64,000 bases of DNA from Geosiphon pyriformis uo1. Lineage: Eukaryota > Fungi > Glomeromycota. Of this stretch, positions 25,101 to 38,047 are shown piece by piece. A program made the translations under genes and the position numbers. The first letter of the stretch is position 1; each line of letters begins with the position of its first letter. Where the stretch lies: positions 62,001 through 126,000 of the forward strand of contig JAAOMT010000240.1 in NCBI GenBank assembly GCA_016748015.1. Reading direction: 5' to 3'. The notes beneath the pieces were generated by a model that saw nothing but the letters and a program-made list of their open reading frames with translations, was not told the DNA's origin and searched no databases.

Positions 25101-26783
25101 TAAACAATTTTTTGGCTGGGATGGTGAAAATTTTTTTGGGCAATGAGCTTTCTTTAGTGAACAACCTCCCCACTGCATTTCGTAGTCCTGGTCATTTTCT
25201 GTTGTCCTCTATTCTTGAAAAGTCTCTGTATTTTGACTCGGTCAAATCTCTTAGATGCTTTGGTGTCACTTTTGGTGATCAGCTTTTTGATAAGAAAGGT
25301 GTTTTGTTGGATTGGAAAACTTTTTGTTGTTGGAAGAGATTGGATCCGCGTGGTCCTGTGCCTCATTGGTTCTTGGTTTTTTCTGAGTTTTTGAAAAGTC
25401 AGAGTTGTTCATTTTCTGGTTCTATTGACTCTGCAGAAAAGATTGGTTTGGACATTTTAAAGTCTGAGGAATTTTCTGCGGTAATAGATGGATTGCATGA
25501 CATTTGGTCAGGCTTTTTTGAAGTTTTTACAGATAGGGCTTTGAAGAATACAGGCTCTGCTGAGGTCATCTGTGGTGCTACTGCATACTTTCTGGTCTTG
25601 GATAAGAGCATTGGTGTCACTGTTAATGGCCGAATTGCAGGCTGTCACTTTGGCTTTGGAATGTGTTCCTTCTTCAAGTACTGTGGTGTTACATCTTGAC
25701 AGCCAGGCTGCTATTGACGCATGTGTGTCTGAGATGTCTTTGGTCACCCCTGATTTCCATAATCAATGCTGGCTGAAGAGGCATTATATTTTCAATTTGG
25801 TCAGGGATAAGGATCTTAATGTGAGTTGGGTTAAGATAAAAGGCCACTTTGGGATTCCTGGTAATGTGGAAGCTGACTTGGCTGCTGGAGCTGCCTCTGA
25901 ATCTCCCTTTTCTCTTTGTGCCAATGTGCGTGAACATTTTTTGGTTGCTGAGGGTGTCACTGTTTCTGGTAATGCCTGTTATTTTGTCAGGAATATTTTT
26001 CGGTCTGTTTGTTCTGCTTGTTGGGAGGCTGGGCCTGGTTGTGACATGGTTCCAGATGCGATGATTGGTTGCATAGACTGGGTTGTTATGACAAAAGTGT
26101 GACATTCTGATTCTCATATGCTCACTGGGTTCACTAGCCGGATATCCTCAATGCTTTGCACTTATATTATGAAGGCTGTGCACAGAAGATTGCTGGTGGC
26201 AGTAAGGAAAAGGTTGTATGATAAGCACTACTTTAGTGTATTATGTTTGTTTTGCAGTAGGGTGGAGTTCTCTGACCACGCTTTTACTTGTGTTTATGAG
26301 TCTGGCGTTCGTGGCAAGATTTTGGCTAAGGCTTCTGCCCGTTGGTCAGCTTTGGCTGGTGGTTCCCCTGCTTCTGCCATGTTGCGAGTTTTGTCTCAAT
26401 GTTCCATTGATGTTGAATTGTACACTCTGGTTTGCAAAGGGTTTGTGCTGGGGGAGTGGTATAAAGAAGCTTGCAGTATTTTTGAGGATAGAAAGGTGGC
26501 AGCTACTCAGATTGTTGATTATATCAGGTTCGTGGTTGAGTTATATCATGCTAAAGTGTGGTTGGCTAGGGCCAGCCACCGGGTGGTGATAGAGAAGACT
26601 GGTCTGGTTTGTGACAGTGGTGTTGTTTCTGGGCTCTCTTGTGGTGTGTTTTCAGTTTTGTCTGATGGTGTTATAAGATTGTTTAGTGTGGCCAATTTTT
26701 TTGCTGTTAGCTTTGGTCATTAAAAGTCTTATTGTTTCTTTTCTGGTCTAAGTGGCAGTGTACGAATTATTATTGGTGTGTAG
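22118..26783 (+). pseudogene. LINE B ORF2: APE endonuclease, reverse transcriptase, RNase H, C-terminal zinc finger
   Basis: MCNVQ, ITETK, GGDFN, IDYIF; LQDMRKAYDSV, GLDQG, YLG; VFTD, AELQA, LDSQ, WVKIKGH.G..GN..AD; CLFC...E...HAFTC. Confidence 0.92.
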
Positions 26784-27838
26784 TGTTGCCTTGTCTGGCC
26801 TGAGTGGCTAGCCACATGTAGAAAGTGTGTGAGTTGTATTTAGTTTGAGCCTCTTAGTTTGGCTCTATGTACTAGATAGTGATTGGGCTATACTCGTTAA
26901 ATATGTTAAATAAAAAAAATAAAAAAATTTGAAAATTTTAATCTAATTTTATTTTTATTTTTATTTTTAATCCTATTTCTATTTTTTTTTTTTTTAATAT
27001 TAAAACTATTATATATTATTTATTATTTTTAGTAATAGAAATACTATTTTTTGATATTGTTAATAAAAACTTATACATAACTTTATATAAAAATTTTGTT
27101 TTAAAAAATAATATTAAAATTGTTAATTTTTTTTGTATATAATTTGATAATTAATTATAAAAATAAAATAAATAAATAATTTTAAGTTTAAAACTGAATT
27201 AAAAAAAAACAATAAATTAAATACAAATAACTTTATGTTTTTTATTATATATAATTTTTTATTGAAACTTATAAAAAATAAGTTTTATTTTTATTTTTAT
27301 TTTTAATTTAATTAATAAATAAAAAATAAAAACTTATTCAATTTTATAAATTTGTTTACAATTTTTCAGACCAATTTTAAAATTCAGAAATTTAACAATA
27401 ATTTTTAATTAAAATCATTAGAAGAAAATTTACAAACATATTTTGGAGCAAATACATACATTTAGTAAAAAATGTTGTCATTAAAAATCCATTAAAAAAA
27501 AAGTTGCACTATTATTAGCCAAAATAAAACTTTTAAAATTATCTAGTTGTGAAAACAAAAAAATCTTTCGCGAAGCCTTAGAGAAATGTAAATAACTTTA
27601 CACTGAGATGTCAGAGTAGTTAGAATGCTAATGCAAAGAAAGAATTATCCATTATGGCAAAGCAGTTTAGCATCAATTTTACTTGACAAAATGATAATCC
27701 CAAATATTAAAAGAAAAGCCATTTGAACTTTGTTTTGGCTATATAAATATTTGATGTAAAGTTTTTCAACATTTATTTTTCTGCTTAAAATAGGTTGCCT
27801 GGATTACTTTATAACACCTTAATAGCTAAATTACAACA

Positions 27839-29333
27839 ATGTCTTTAGTTGCTGATTACGGTTCTGACTCCGAGTCCGAAATCGAACAAGAGCCTTCAAG
27901 GATCGTTCGTTCAAGCCCAAAACCTTCTCCAAAGAATGAACCAAAGAACTTTAATGCAACTTCTAGCACGTTAAAAGGAAGTAAGAGATCTGATGGCCCT
28001 ATAAAGATCTTTGTCGATTTACCGAAGACTCCTGAAGATGAACAGAGCCAAAGTGAAGAGGAAAGAGACTCGAAAAGGCCCAAAGTTGTTAGTAATACTA
28101 GTTTATTTTCACTTCTTCCATCTCCCAGAAAAACAGAAGCGTTTAACGAAAAGAAATTAAGTACTTCTGCCACAGTCGGTACAAATACGACTACGACGAG
28201 TTTTGTCCCACATACAATTTCCAAAAATAAGAATGCTTCAAAATCAGCGGGTTTGACTAGTAAAAAGAAGGATAAAGATACTATCAAAGATTTTATAGAC
28301 ATCAATAGCGAGCTTAATGAAGATATTTCATTCTTTCCTCTCGGTAAGAATTGCGTTAAACGTTTTTATGAACACGAATCAAAAGTTAATGAAATACTTC
28401 ATATTCATTTTTGAGCAGGCAATGAGATTTCAAACATAATTAAGAAAAAGTACAATTCAAATATTTTAACTCTTCCTTCAAATTCATTGATTCAAAACGA
28501 TCGCGAGTTTAATAATAATGTAAATCTTGAACATAACGAAACTTCGACAATGAGTATGGGGGTGAGGTCTAGGACAATACAAAATCTTTATAATGAACAT
28601 TCTTATGATGGTTATCAATGGGAGGAGGAGGGCAATCAGTCCAATGAGGTCCACGAAGGGCATTACCAAGCAGCATTAGCAAGTGGTGAGTATGCAAGTT
28701 CGGCAGATTCTTGGAAGCAACAATCTGAAATGGAATTGAATGATGAAATTGTAAGTGTTATTCCACTGATTCATTATGATGCCTTCGAATTTTTGAATCA
28801 AGATTCTTTAAAATACAAATTTCAAAATTCTCTCTAATCAAAAACGAAACAAGATTGCTAAACTGGGTGGCCGTCGTAAAAAAAAAGAACACGAGTCTGG
28901 TGCAATACAAATCAGAGAGATAAATGCTCGTGATCAGATGGGTGTTGACTCATGGCAATCGCAAATGACACAATTAACTAAGCCAGGAAAGGTATCGAGT
29001 TCAGCATATGCGGTAATGTGTCACACTATAATACGTGATATTTTTTTGTAACCATCACAGTTTCATTCATTCTAATCAACTTCGATATTTGAAATTTGTG
29101 ATTTTTAGCATCTGAAACCATCAAAGGGTCAGAAACGTAAGCATAATTTGATGTATCTTGTTCATCAAGCCACTGCAATGGAAAGTGATCTTAGGGAACA
29201 GTTTGCCAACAATCGAAAGACGAAACGAGAAACGCAGGCCAAGTATGGTAAGTTGACCAAATGGTTTTATCTGGTTCTTGTTAACGTGTCCGTCTTATTA
29301 AGTGTCTTGTTCCTTTACAATCTAGGGTTTTGA
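27839..29333 (+). CDS. PRCC: PRCC-family spliceosome-associated protein (5 exons)
   Basis: MSLVADYGSDSE N-terminus, SLFSLLPSP, C-terminal QKRKHNLMYLVHQA...RKTKRETQAKYGF. Confidence 0.82.
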
Positions 29334-29917
29334 AAGTGAACAGAATCGAAGAATGTATATCGCAGATCTGGTATATCAAATAAAGCGATTGAAACAGAAA
29401 TATGAAAAACCTTTTATTGTGAATCAAAATCGAGATTGGTCATCTCAACTTATGATTTCAGCTTCTCCATACTCTACAGCTATGAAATTCACGGCTAGAA
29501 CACTATTCTGCAGTGCCTAATTTAAAACGGTATAGAAATTTAAACGAGAAGATAAAGCATTTCACATTCTTTCTTAGTACTTTCAACCTCGTTCAGGGCC
29601 AAGTTGGTTGTTCGTGTAGCTGATACTACTCTGCTAATTACAATTGGACTTTTCAATGAGCTGTTCCATAATATATCACCAATTTATGAAAGATCGTCTA
29701 TATCCCACTATAGATATCAAGTGAATGAACGAGCCAAATTTGCTTAGAGGTTTGCTATTCTGGAGTTTTTATTTAACCAAAAAGTTGTCTCCTATTATTT
29801 TATATCGTGAATTGTTTCGAGTCAACTCAATAGAGCACAGACGCCGAATTAAACAAAAATGTGAATCACTTCATAAAATACGAATATAAAAATACGATAT
29901 TTGCATATGCTATATAA

Positions 29918-31405
29918 TCAGTTGAAGTTTGAAGACACCTGCGCTTTATCGGGAGCATGTTTGAAAAGAGAGACTTTCGACCGATTTTGTTTTGCTTGTT
30001 CAATTAACGAACTGAACTGATTTCGATATTTGAACTGTAAGCGGGAATCAAAAGATCTAGAATGTTAAGGAAATACTAAATTCAACATCTGAAAACGACA
30101 CAATAAAAGGATATGATGCTCTAGAATTTCATCACGTGTGTTCAATATTTTGGCTGTTTCTCTTCGCATCCTATCGTTTCTGAGTACTTTTTCCCAATTT
30201 TTTAGATCACTTATCAATTCATGGGTGCTTTTTGGATTAGTGGCATCCACATTAGCGTTGTAGCGGTTTATAAATTCGCCATGTCTTTTTGACATAATAG
30301 CTTTGTCACCATGTTCCGGGAGCCCTTCTTTCTTTATGGTTTTCAAAATCTTTTCAATGAGCAAGACTCACAAATGGGGATAAACTTTTGGGTAATGTCT
30401 TATTCTGGGTTATACAAATTACCCGTAATAAAGCCCTCAATGCACTTTCTTTCATCATTGAATATACAACTTTTGGTTTTTTCACCCTTTTAAATGTGTT
30501 AGAGCTGCTACTATACAAATATAAATGAAAACGACTCCCATAAACATGTTAAACATATATTTTAATTAATCACAAGAAACACAAAGCAAAAACTTATTAG
30601 TTGGAAAAACAAATTTCCATAAGACATTACCTCAAGGACTTATATGTTGCGCCCCTATTGTAAAGTCGGTGGACTCGTGAGGGTGACCCGCCTGTCAAAT
30701 CAATCGGGGAGGATACCCTTTGGCCAGGTAAAATATCTGTCAAAACCTGGTTGGATATACCTTGGGGTCTTTGACTATGTTGATCTGACAATTGGGTGTT
30801 CAAAGGATTTTCGGATTCATTCGGAGCTTCCAGAGATGTCGATTTTAATATGGGAGGATGAGCGAAAATTGATGAATCAACTGTTTCATCATTAGAATCT
30901 TTTGAAAATTCTGAAGTGTTTCTCTTTTCCACTTTAATGACTTTCCCGACAAGACTTAGCAACTTGGGCCTGTTATACAGAAAATTGATATCGGTAATTA
31001 TACATCATGTCTTTCCCAAAACAAAATCTAAAGACATGCCACCCGTTTTTTATTCAAAAAACCATAAATAGTTAAGAGTAATATATTGATTGGAATTGAG
31101 AACCTTAAGAGCTTGAATTGGGTTACGAAATCTTCTACCGCATTGTTCTTTCGCAGCTCATGATGCAGGCTCGTAACACGACAAACTGGGCATATCTGCT
31201 GCTGAGTGAGACAGCGTTGCAAACAGAGCGAACAAAAGGTGTGGCAACACTTCGAGATAACTGGATTTTGGAAAAAATCTTTGCATACAGGACACCGTAT
31301 TAAACGGTCAAGTTCTTCTCCCGCCGGTAATGGCCAGTCTGAGGGATCTGTAAACTCGTCGAACTTGACTACTTGGCTGGTGAGCTGCCGGTCTAAATTC
31401 GACAT
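29918..31405 (-). CDS. RAD18: E3 ubiquitin ligase Rad18 (RING + SAP); last intron is U12 AT-AC
   Basis: DPSDW; C3HC4 RING CPVC..CCHTFCSLC..CPVC; SAP KPKVVYSMMKESALRALLRKEGLPEHGDK..RH; YNANVD; C-terminal Y.NQF..LIEQAK. Start codon uncertain (upstream ATGs to 31513). Confidence 0.9.
30037..30114 (-). other. U12-type AT-AC intron in RAD18
   Basis: 5' ATATCCTTTT, branch TTTCCTTAAC, 3' AC; splicing gives in-frame EILEHQFKYRNQF. Confidence 0.9.
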
Positions 31406-31514
31406 TTGGCTCTTGTGGAAGAAGTTGTGCTGAAATGTCGCGCGTAATCCACTCATTTTATCCATTTCTGCGACGATTTTCAATTGGTTCTCAGCCAGAT
31501 TCTCAAATGACATC

Positions 31515-31520
31515 ACGCGT
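31515..31520. promoter_or_regulatory. MCB-like ACGCGT upstream of RAD18 (further CGCGCGT at ~31439)
   Basis: Exact MluI box ~110 bp upstream of the predicted ATG of a DNA-repair gene. Confidence 0.4.
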
Positions 31521-32899
31521 CAGAAAAACTTTCTCTTAATTAACATCATCTAAAACGATAAATAAACACGTATGTCGCTGCTTGCTTGTCTCATTTTCAA
31601 GACTTTTTGTTGGTTCCATTGGGGCATGAACAACTATTTGCTTGTCTCATGTTCCAGACCGTTCGTTGTTAGAATATTGGGAGAAACACTATTCTAATTG
31701 GAAGCGTGGGACAGCTTCATAAAAAAAAAAATGCCCAAATACAACAAAGCAGGCATTACATAATGCTTTGGGAGGTGAACTTGAACTTAAAAATCAGTAT
31801 TTTTCACATACGAGTGAAAAATATTCATAAGTTAGGGTTTGGAATATTAATTTTTTAAAAAATGGGAGAAGCAAAATAAAAAAGTCCACAAGTCCTCAGT
31901 TCATCTCAATGATGGAGACTTTCTCAAATCTTCAGTAAGCATTATGGTGAAAAAAATATAGGTTGTGTTTCCTAAAATTATTGATTATATTTATATTACA
32001 GATTTTTTTTAATCAGGTGCGAGATGTTAGCACAAGAATCTCCCAACGAACAAATTCTGAACGAGATATAGATGTCTTCATTAAGACACATTTTTTCTTA
32101 TGTCGATGGGTATTCTTGACAGACATTTGTAAGTTCTATTACTATTTCTAACTATGCTCTTATTAATTGCAATAATTCTACGATTTTACATTATAGAAAA
32201 ATAAGTGGAGGGAATGTCAAACCGGAGCAATCGATGCATCACGTCATGCGGAGAATTTTCATATAGATTGGTTATTTATGGTATGTTAATTTTTCGTTGT
32301 TATTATAGAATTTTTGTGTGTTTATTCATGGATGTTTTTATGCTTTTAGAGACATGATTTGGCAAAACATTTTCTGAAAAGTAGAGAATTTTCGCTTTGT
32401 GAACGTGCAGGTTCAAAAATTAAAAATGATAAGAAAGTTCTTTCAAATACTTTAAAGGTAAAAGATTCTTAGAGACATGTATCCATCACCATTTTGCCAT
32501 TGGCAAACTTTTCTTTTTCTGCTCTTTCCATCATTTACCTAATCGAAGAACTGTTAAACATAAAATTTTCTGTGTTGATGTAAAGAAACAAAGTAGATTA
32601 GGTTGATGGAAAATTTCAATCAGAATCTGGAGAACCGATATCACCTACTTTGGTTTGCAACATAGTTCGAGCAACTTTAATAAGGCCTCCAATCTCATCA
32701 TAAGTTGTCGGAATGTTAATGAATAAAATCCAGCTCCCACATAGACGACGAGAATAACCCGAACAAAAGACCATGAAGACAAAAATCCAGGGATGAGAAG
32801 TTTATTACAGGCATGCAAAACTAGTTTTCCAGGAAAAATACTGTACTACTACTCGTAGAACACACTGGATGACTGAACTAGGAAATTGGTGAATCAGTA

Positions 32900-33517
32900 G
32901 AAGAGTATGTTAATCCACAAATCGAGTTGTAAAGAAGAGTTGATACAACTCACCAATACCCAGAAGAAGACAGAATTCAAAGGATTGAAAGATGATATGG
33001 CTATTCAAGTAATTGGTTTCCAACCATATAGCTTAGACTGGCAATTGAAAAAGCCCAAGCTATCGAGACAGCGAGAGCATCAAGAGCTATAAATTCATAC
33101 GCTATTGTCCAGCCAAGAGTAGCAACATTTGTTACTGAATTAGCCGAGTAACGTCAAATGAATCAAATGATGCTGAACAAGTTAGAAATTTGAGCACTGG
33201 ACAACAACAACCACGAGTTCGTAATAACCAATCAAGAAATCAAAACCTTACAGCTAATAATGGTTATTACCAAGCGAATAATTTCCAAGCCCCAGCTGCT
33301 CAACCAATGGCTAGAAATGTTAATAATATCAATTGCTATCGATGTGCTGAATTTGGTCATTATGCGAATGAATGTCCAAATCAAAAAAACAATGGATAAA
33401 CAATTATCCCCAAGAAATAATCAATATCCAAACCCACCAGCTCAACCAGATTACCAAAGACCCTCACAAAGCGAAAATTCTCTACCCCACAGCCAAATCA
33501 TATCTCTAAAAGCATAA
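32900..33517 (+). mobile_element. LTR-retrotransposon gag remnant with CCHC knuckle
   Basis: F.KGLKDD...QP.SLD.AIEKAQAIE capsid-like segment, frameshifted with stops; CYRCAEFGHYANEC. Confidence 0.7.
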
Positions 33518-33892
33518 AAACACACCATCAAAGAAGCCTTTCTCAAGTTGACTTTGAGGCAGTACCAGATTTGAATCAGAAAATGTATCTATGAATTTAT
33601 TATTGTAAAATTGATAGAATTTGCTCTACAATTTGAACTTGGCGTGTAGACCAGTACATCAAAATATTTTACTGCGGAAGAAATTGCCATTGTGTAATTT
33701 TTCTTTGTCGGAGACGTAGTTTTATCACTATCAGGTCATTCGAAAAATACTAGCGTGCAAAAAATTATGATGATAATTTCTTACTGATTAAATAATCAAT
33801 TGACAAGCCGCAATGAGACTACAGCTTTTTGTTATTAAGACCGAGAGAATTCAACTTTTTGCGAGAAATGATAATAACTTCCTTTTCTTGAA

Positions 33893-36824
33893 ATGTCATG
33901 TACAAAAGTCCTAAAAGATCTTTCAATAGATCTTCAGTTCACCCTTCCCCCCAATAATAAACCGGTTTTTCTCAAAGTTAAATTGAAGCGTGGGCAGCTA
34001 CTCGTAGACGTTATACGCCATTTCATGGAAGAAAATAATGTTCCATGTTATTTAGAAATGTCTGTTTTATCCACAGTGGAATCTTTATTGAAAGAGAGTT
34101 GGCGGCGAGATGTTGAATTACAGGGGGAGAGTATGTTATCAATTTAAATTTAAGACTTTATTTTTTCTGACGAAGCCTCATTTAAGCATTTGACTCTTTG
34201 ATAATACGCAAGTCAAAGATAGTAAAACTGCGGAAAACATTCGAAAAGGCGTCATTGAAAGATATCAAAAACACACAACTCGATATAATGAAACACCGGC
34301 AGAGGTAAATCCAAAATCGTGAAAATGCTATTTCACATTAATCATTTTACCCATTTCTTATTCACGATTGACTTCTTATTAAAGGATGTTTTCCCGAAAG
34401 CCTATCATACGCTCGTTCACTCACCAGTTCCATCCATATTTGATACTCTATTGCAGTTGGAGCAAAGCTTTAGTCAAGCGATGAATGAACGACTATTAGC
34501 ACGAGATAAAGAATTAACTGAGCTACGGCACAGGTGTGATTTTATCGAAAAATTGTTTATTTTGATCTTTTTTAACACGTGTCTGAACCTCACATTCTCC
34601 AATTAAGACACCGGAGAGAAATGGACAATGGAACCGAAAATGAAATCACCCATTTGTTAACTTCACATGTCGAGGTAAAAGATCTATTTTTGTCTTATCA
34701 TAGAGTTTTTAAGTCGATCAAGTCTTAAACAGCCCCCTTGACAGGAGTTGGAAATGAGTGAGGCAATGTGGGCTAGTCAACTTGATCAAACGCAACGCTC
34801 GCAAAAAAGCGAATATTGTGAATTTGTGCACGTATTATATGAAGCACATCAACGCTTACTCCATCAAAATTCGAATGATCCATCTTGGATGTATCGGTTA
34901 GATGGAAAAGACATAGTTTTAGACGTTCTTAACGAACTCAAAAGTCGGGCCCCCAAATTATCAAAAGAAATGTTGGAAATGGACAATCAGGAAAACACCA
35001 CTCGAAGTCGTCATGGAAGTATTACCTCTTTAGCTGATCTGATGGTGTCACCCACCTTAATGACACCTCCTTCGCCTCGTTTCCAGATTAGCGACGAGAA
35101 GAAATCTGTATTTTTTGTGGTGGGAATCTTCAATTTTCTTTTTTTTTCGGATTTACTGCAACTCTAACGTTTAATCCTCTTGATAGGAAGAAGATCCAAA
35201 ACTCCAAAATTTGATAACACCAATTCAAGAGCTAGGGTTCAATGCAGAACAAGCTAAGATGGCTCTTGAAATGACTAATCGAAATTTGGTATTTGAATAC
35301 ATTTTTCGTATATTGCGAGTTATTATTAGATTCCTCACAATTTTGACTAAGATTTGTTTTGAAGGATCAAGCTGTTAATCTTCTATTTGAGCAATCGGAC
35401 AAAATTGACGCCCAAATTGCAGCTGCCAATGCAGCTGCTTCATTACCACCTCGTAGGCCCTCAATTCATGTACTCGGGAAAGATCAAGAAAAGCAGGGTC
35501 ACCGAAGAAGCAAATCTCATTCTCGGCCATTATCACTAGTATTGCAAAAACCTGAACATAAAAAGAGCTGGTCGCCACTCTCCTTTCTTCATGAGCGTAA
35601 ACAGTCAATGCTAACTTCAAACAATAATTCCACTGCCAGAAAGTTTGGAAGTTGGCTAGGAAAGGCTATGGAGAATTTCGGGTTAGATGATGCCAACGAG
35701 TATGTATGTGCTATACTTTAATTTTATTGATGAGCCGTTTTGGTACCTTTCAATAATAGCGACCTAGTATTGAACGAGAATTCTTGAAATAGGCATGGGC
35801 CTCGTGGACCCTTGGAAGATCCTCAACTTGTTGAATCTTTCACCATCTCTCTAGGAAATCAAGTCAAGTCCACCCACAATCTTCGTTTACTGGTGTCAAA
35901 TATGGATGATTTGCTCAAGTCTTCGAATGATCCCGCGCGTGATATGGCTTACCGGGCACAAACTGCTGCGAACTTATATTCTCAAAATTTAACAGCAGTG
36001 GTCTTACTACTGACACCCAAAGATTGGCCAAATTATAAATTGGGAAAGACCGCCAATAAGGGTTAGCTTTGTAATAAGTCATACACAATTTATTTCTATG
36101 TAAAATCTCATTTCTTTCATTTTAAATCAGCATTTTTTGAAAGATGTAAAAAGTCCACTGAATTTCATTTTGATGACGTTGAAACACAACTTAAAGCAAT
36201 TGAAGAAGATTATCCAACATACGAAAACCCTGAAAAGAGACCGATTCAAGAAGGTGAGTGTTCAAAATGTCATGGAGCTTCAAGAAATGTTACTGAATTT
36301 TGGTCTTTCAATTAAATTTTATTAGGCGACTTTTTCATCACCAAGCATTCCAATCTTCCTTTAATTCATATCGTATTTCATTTAGTAATTGATTTCGAAT
36401 GTCAGTATTTACCCTGCTTCACTATTTCATCACGAATTTATCTCATTGCCTCTCTCTAAATTTAGCTATTCAAAGTTCCGAATTGACTCAACGATCACCT
36501 GGTATCAACGGGTTACGTTACATTCTCCGAACTGTTAACCGTTTTGACATAACTAGCATTTCTCTTCCTTTTTTGCTTTTGCCCTCCCATGTCGACGCGT
36601 TCTCCGACACTTCTATACCTGAAAACATGTTATATAAACGGGGTGAACTTGTGTTGAAATGCACGAAGGGTTTTATGATCGAAAATTCACGTGTTCCAAA
36701 GCATAGCGTCGCCGAGAAGGAGCAAGAGACCAAAACAGTGCAATTTTTGCTACCAAAAACTGCAAATGATCAACAATTTCACTCATTTCGTCTTTTGTTA
36801 ACTAGCATCTTTCGAGCTAGTTAA
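33893..36824 (+). CDS. C12orf4/FERRY3-like (DUF2362) protein with internal UBA-like domain (multi-exon)
   Basis: FPKAYHTLVHS; QLVESFTISLGNQVKSTHNL; TEFHFDD; GDFFITKHSNLP.IHIVFHLV; ITSISLPFLL; RGELVLKCTKGF. Confidence 0.8.
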
Positions 36825-38047
36825 TCATTTTTTCTATTTTAGCATTTTCTAAATCTTTAATTTTTGTACAATATGTTTATATCGAAGATATTTTATTAGG
36901 AGGTATATATAAAAAGGTAATGTTACCATTAATAGAATCTCATTTTCCCTTCGCGCTTGTCAAGCATTCAGGGTTTTGCAAGTCTCTTCGTTCCACAGGG
37001 AATGATTCAAACACTCTTCACAAACTCCAAGAAGCAATAAATTTCCTCCAACTTTCCATTTTCTTTAACTCTGAGAGCAATTCCCAGCAATCTTATATTT
37101 CGAGAATGTGAATCTAAAGTAACCTCATACCGTGGCTCACTTTTCCGATGTTGAGTCCTGGAGGAAAACAAAAGTGACCTGGAAAAAAAGGGGGTCAAAA
37201 ATTTCTGAAGATCCCTTGACCAGCCGGAGAGGATGTTAAAAAATCCCATTTGGCATGTTTCAATAGATTAAGTGAAGCACATAACATATGCAACACCGTT
37301 TCATCCCCTGCTGGTGGAATGGGGTTCGTTCCCCTCAACATGCGTGGGTGTGGTGTCGTGTCAATACCTAAACCACTTCTCTTATTTCCCCTTCATTAAA
37401 GGTAGAAAATACTGCGGTTCATTTTTTCTGGGATGATATGGCGAATGATGCAGAGAGCCAAAAGAAACGGTAAGTGATAGATCTATGCGGTCTCATGCAA
37501 AACTATGTAAGAAAAGTTTTAATAGAATATTTTTTTAAATTAAATTATCTAAATTATTAGAAACATAAAATAAATTAATTTTTAAATTTTTAAATTATTA
37601 AAATTTTATAAAAAACAAGCAAAATAATAAAATAAAAAATCTATTTTTGAATTGATTACTCTAATTATCTTATATAAAACGTATTAAATAATTAATAAAT
37701 ATGAAACAAAAAAATAAAAAGATTAAAAAAAGGCTCAAAAAACTATTAAAAACTTTGAAATTTTTGTGATGTCAATTCACTGTCTGGTTTTTGTTACTAT
37801 ATTCTCATTTGATATATATATATATATATATAAAAAGGATTTTGGACAAAAATTTTAAAAATTGTAAATAAAATGTTAAACCCTCAGACCTCTAAACTAT
37901 GATCCTCATTATTATTGTTTTCTTTTGTTTATTTCTAAACCAGTCTATTATTTTCCAGCACTGCTCTTTAATAAAATAGTAAACATTATCAATGAAATTC
38001 TAATTTGAATTTTACTGACGGTCACCCGATTCTCTCGCGAAACATTA

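Larger units (their letters stand above)
20138..26923 (+). mobile_element. Full-length decayed LINE (copy B, same family as A, less eroded)
   Basis: TSD AAAATTTG(G/A)AAA at 20129-20140 and 26924-26935; A-rich tail; 5' end AAAACTTTTTTCT..CAAATTCC shared with copy A. Confidence 0.92.

Noticed and set aside
20741-26589. Many antisense and alternate-frame ORFs within LINE B (and A)
   Set aside because: Shadows of the LINE coding frame; no independent motifs.
26784-26900. Hammerhead ribozyme or tRNA-derived sequence in the LINE 3' UTR
   Set aside because: No CUGANGA/GAAA core; A-box-like TGGCCTGAGTGG has no convincing B box or cloverleaf.
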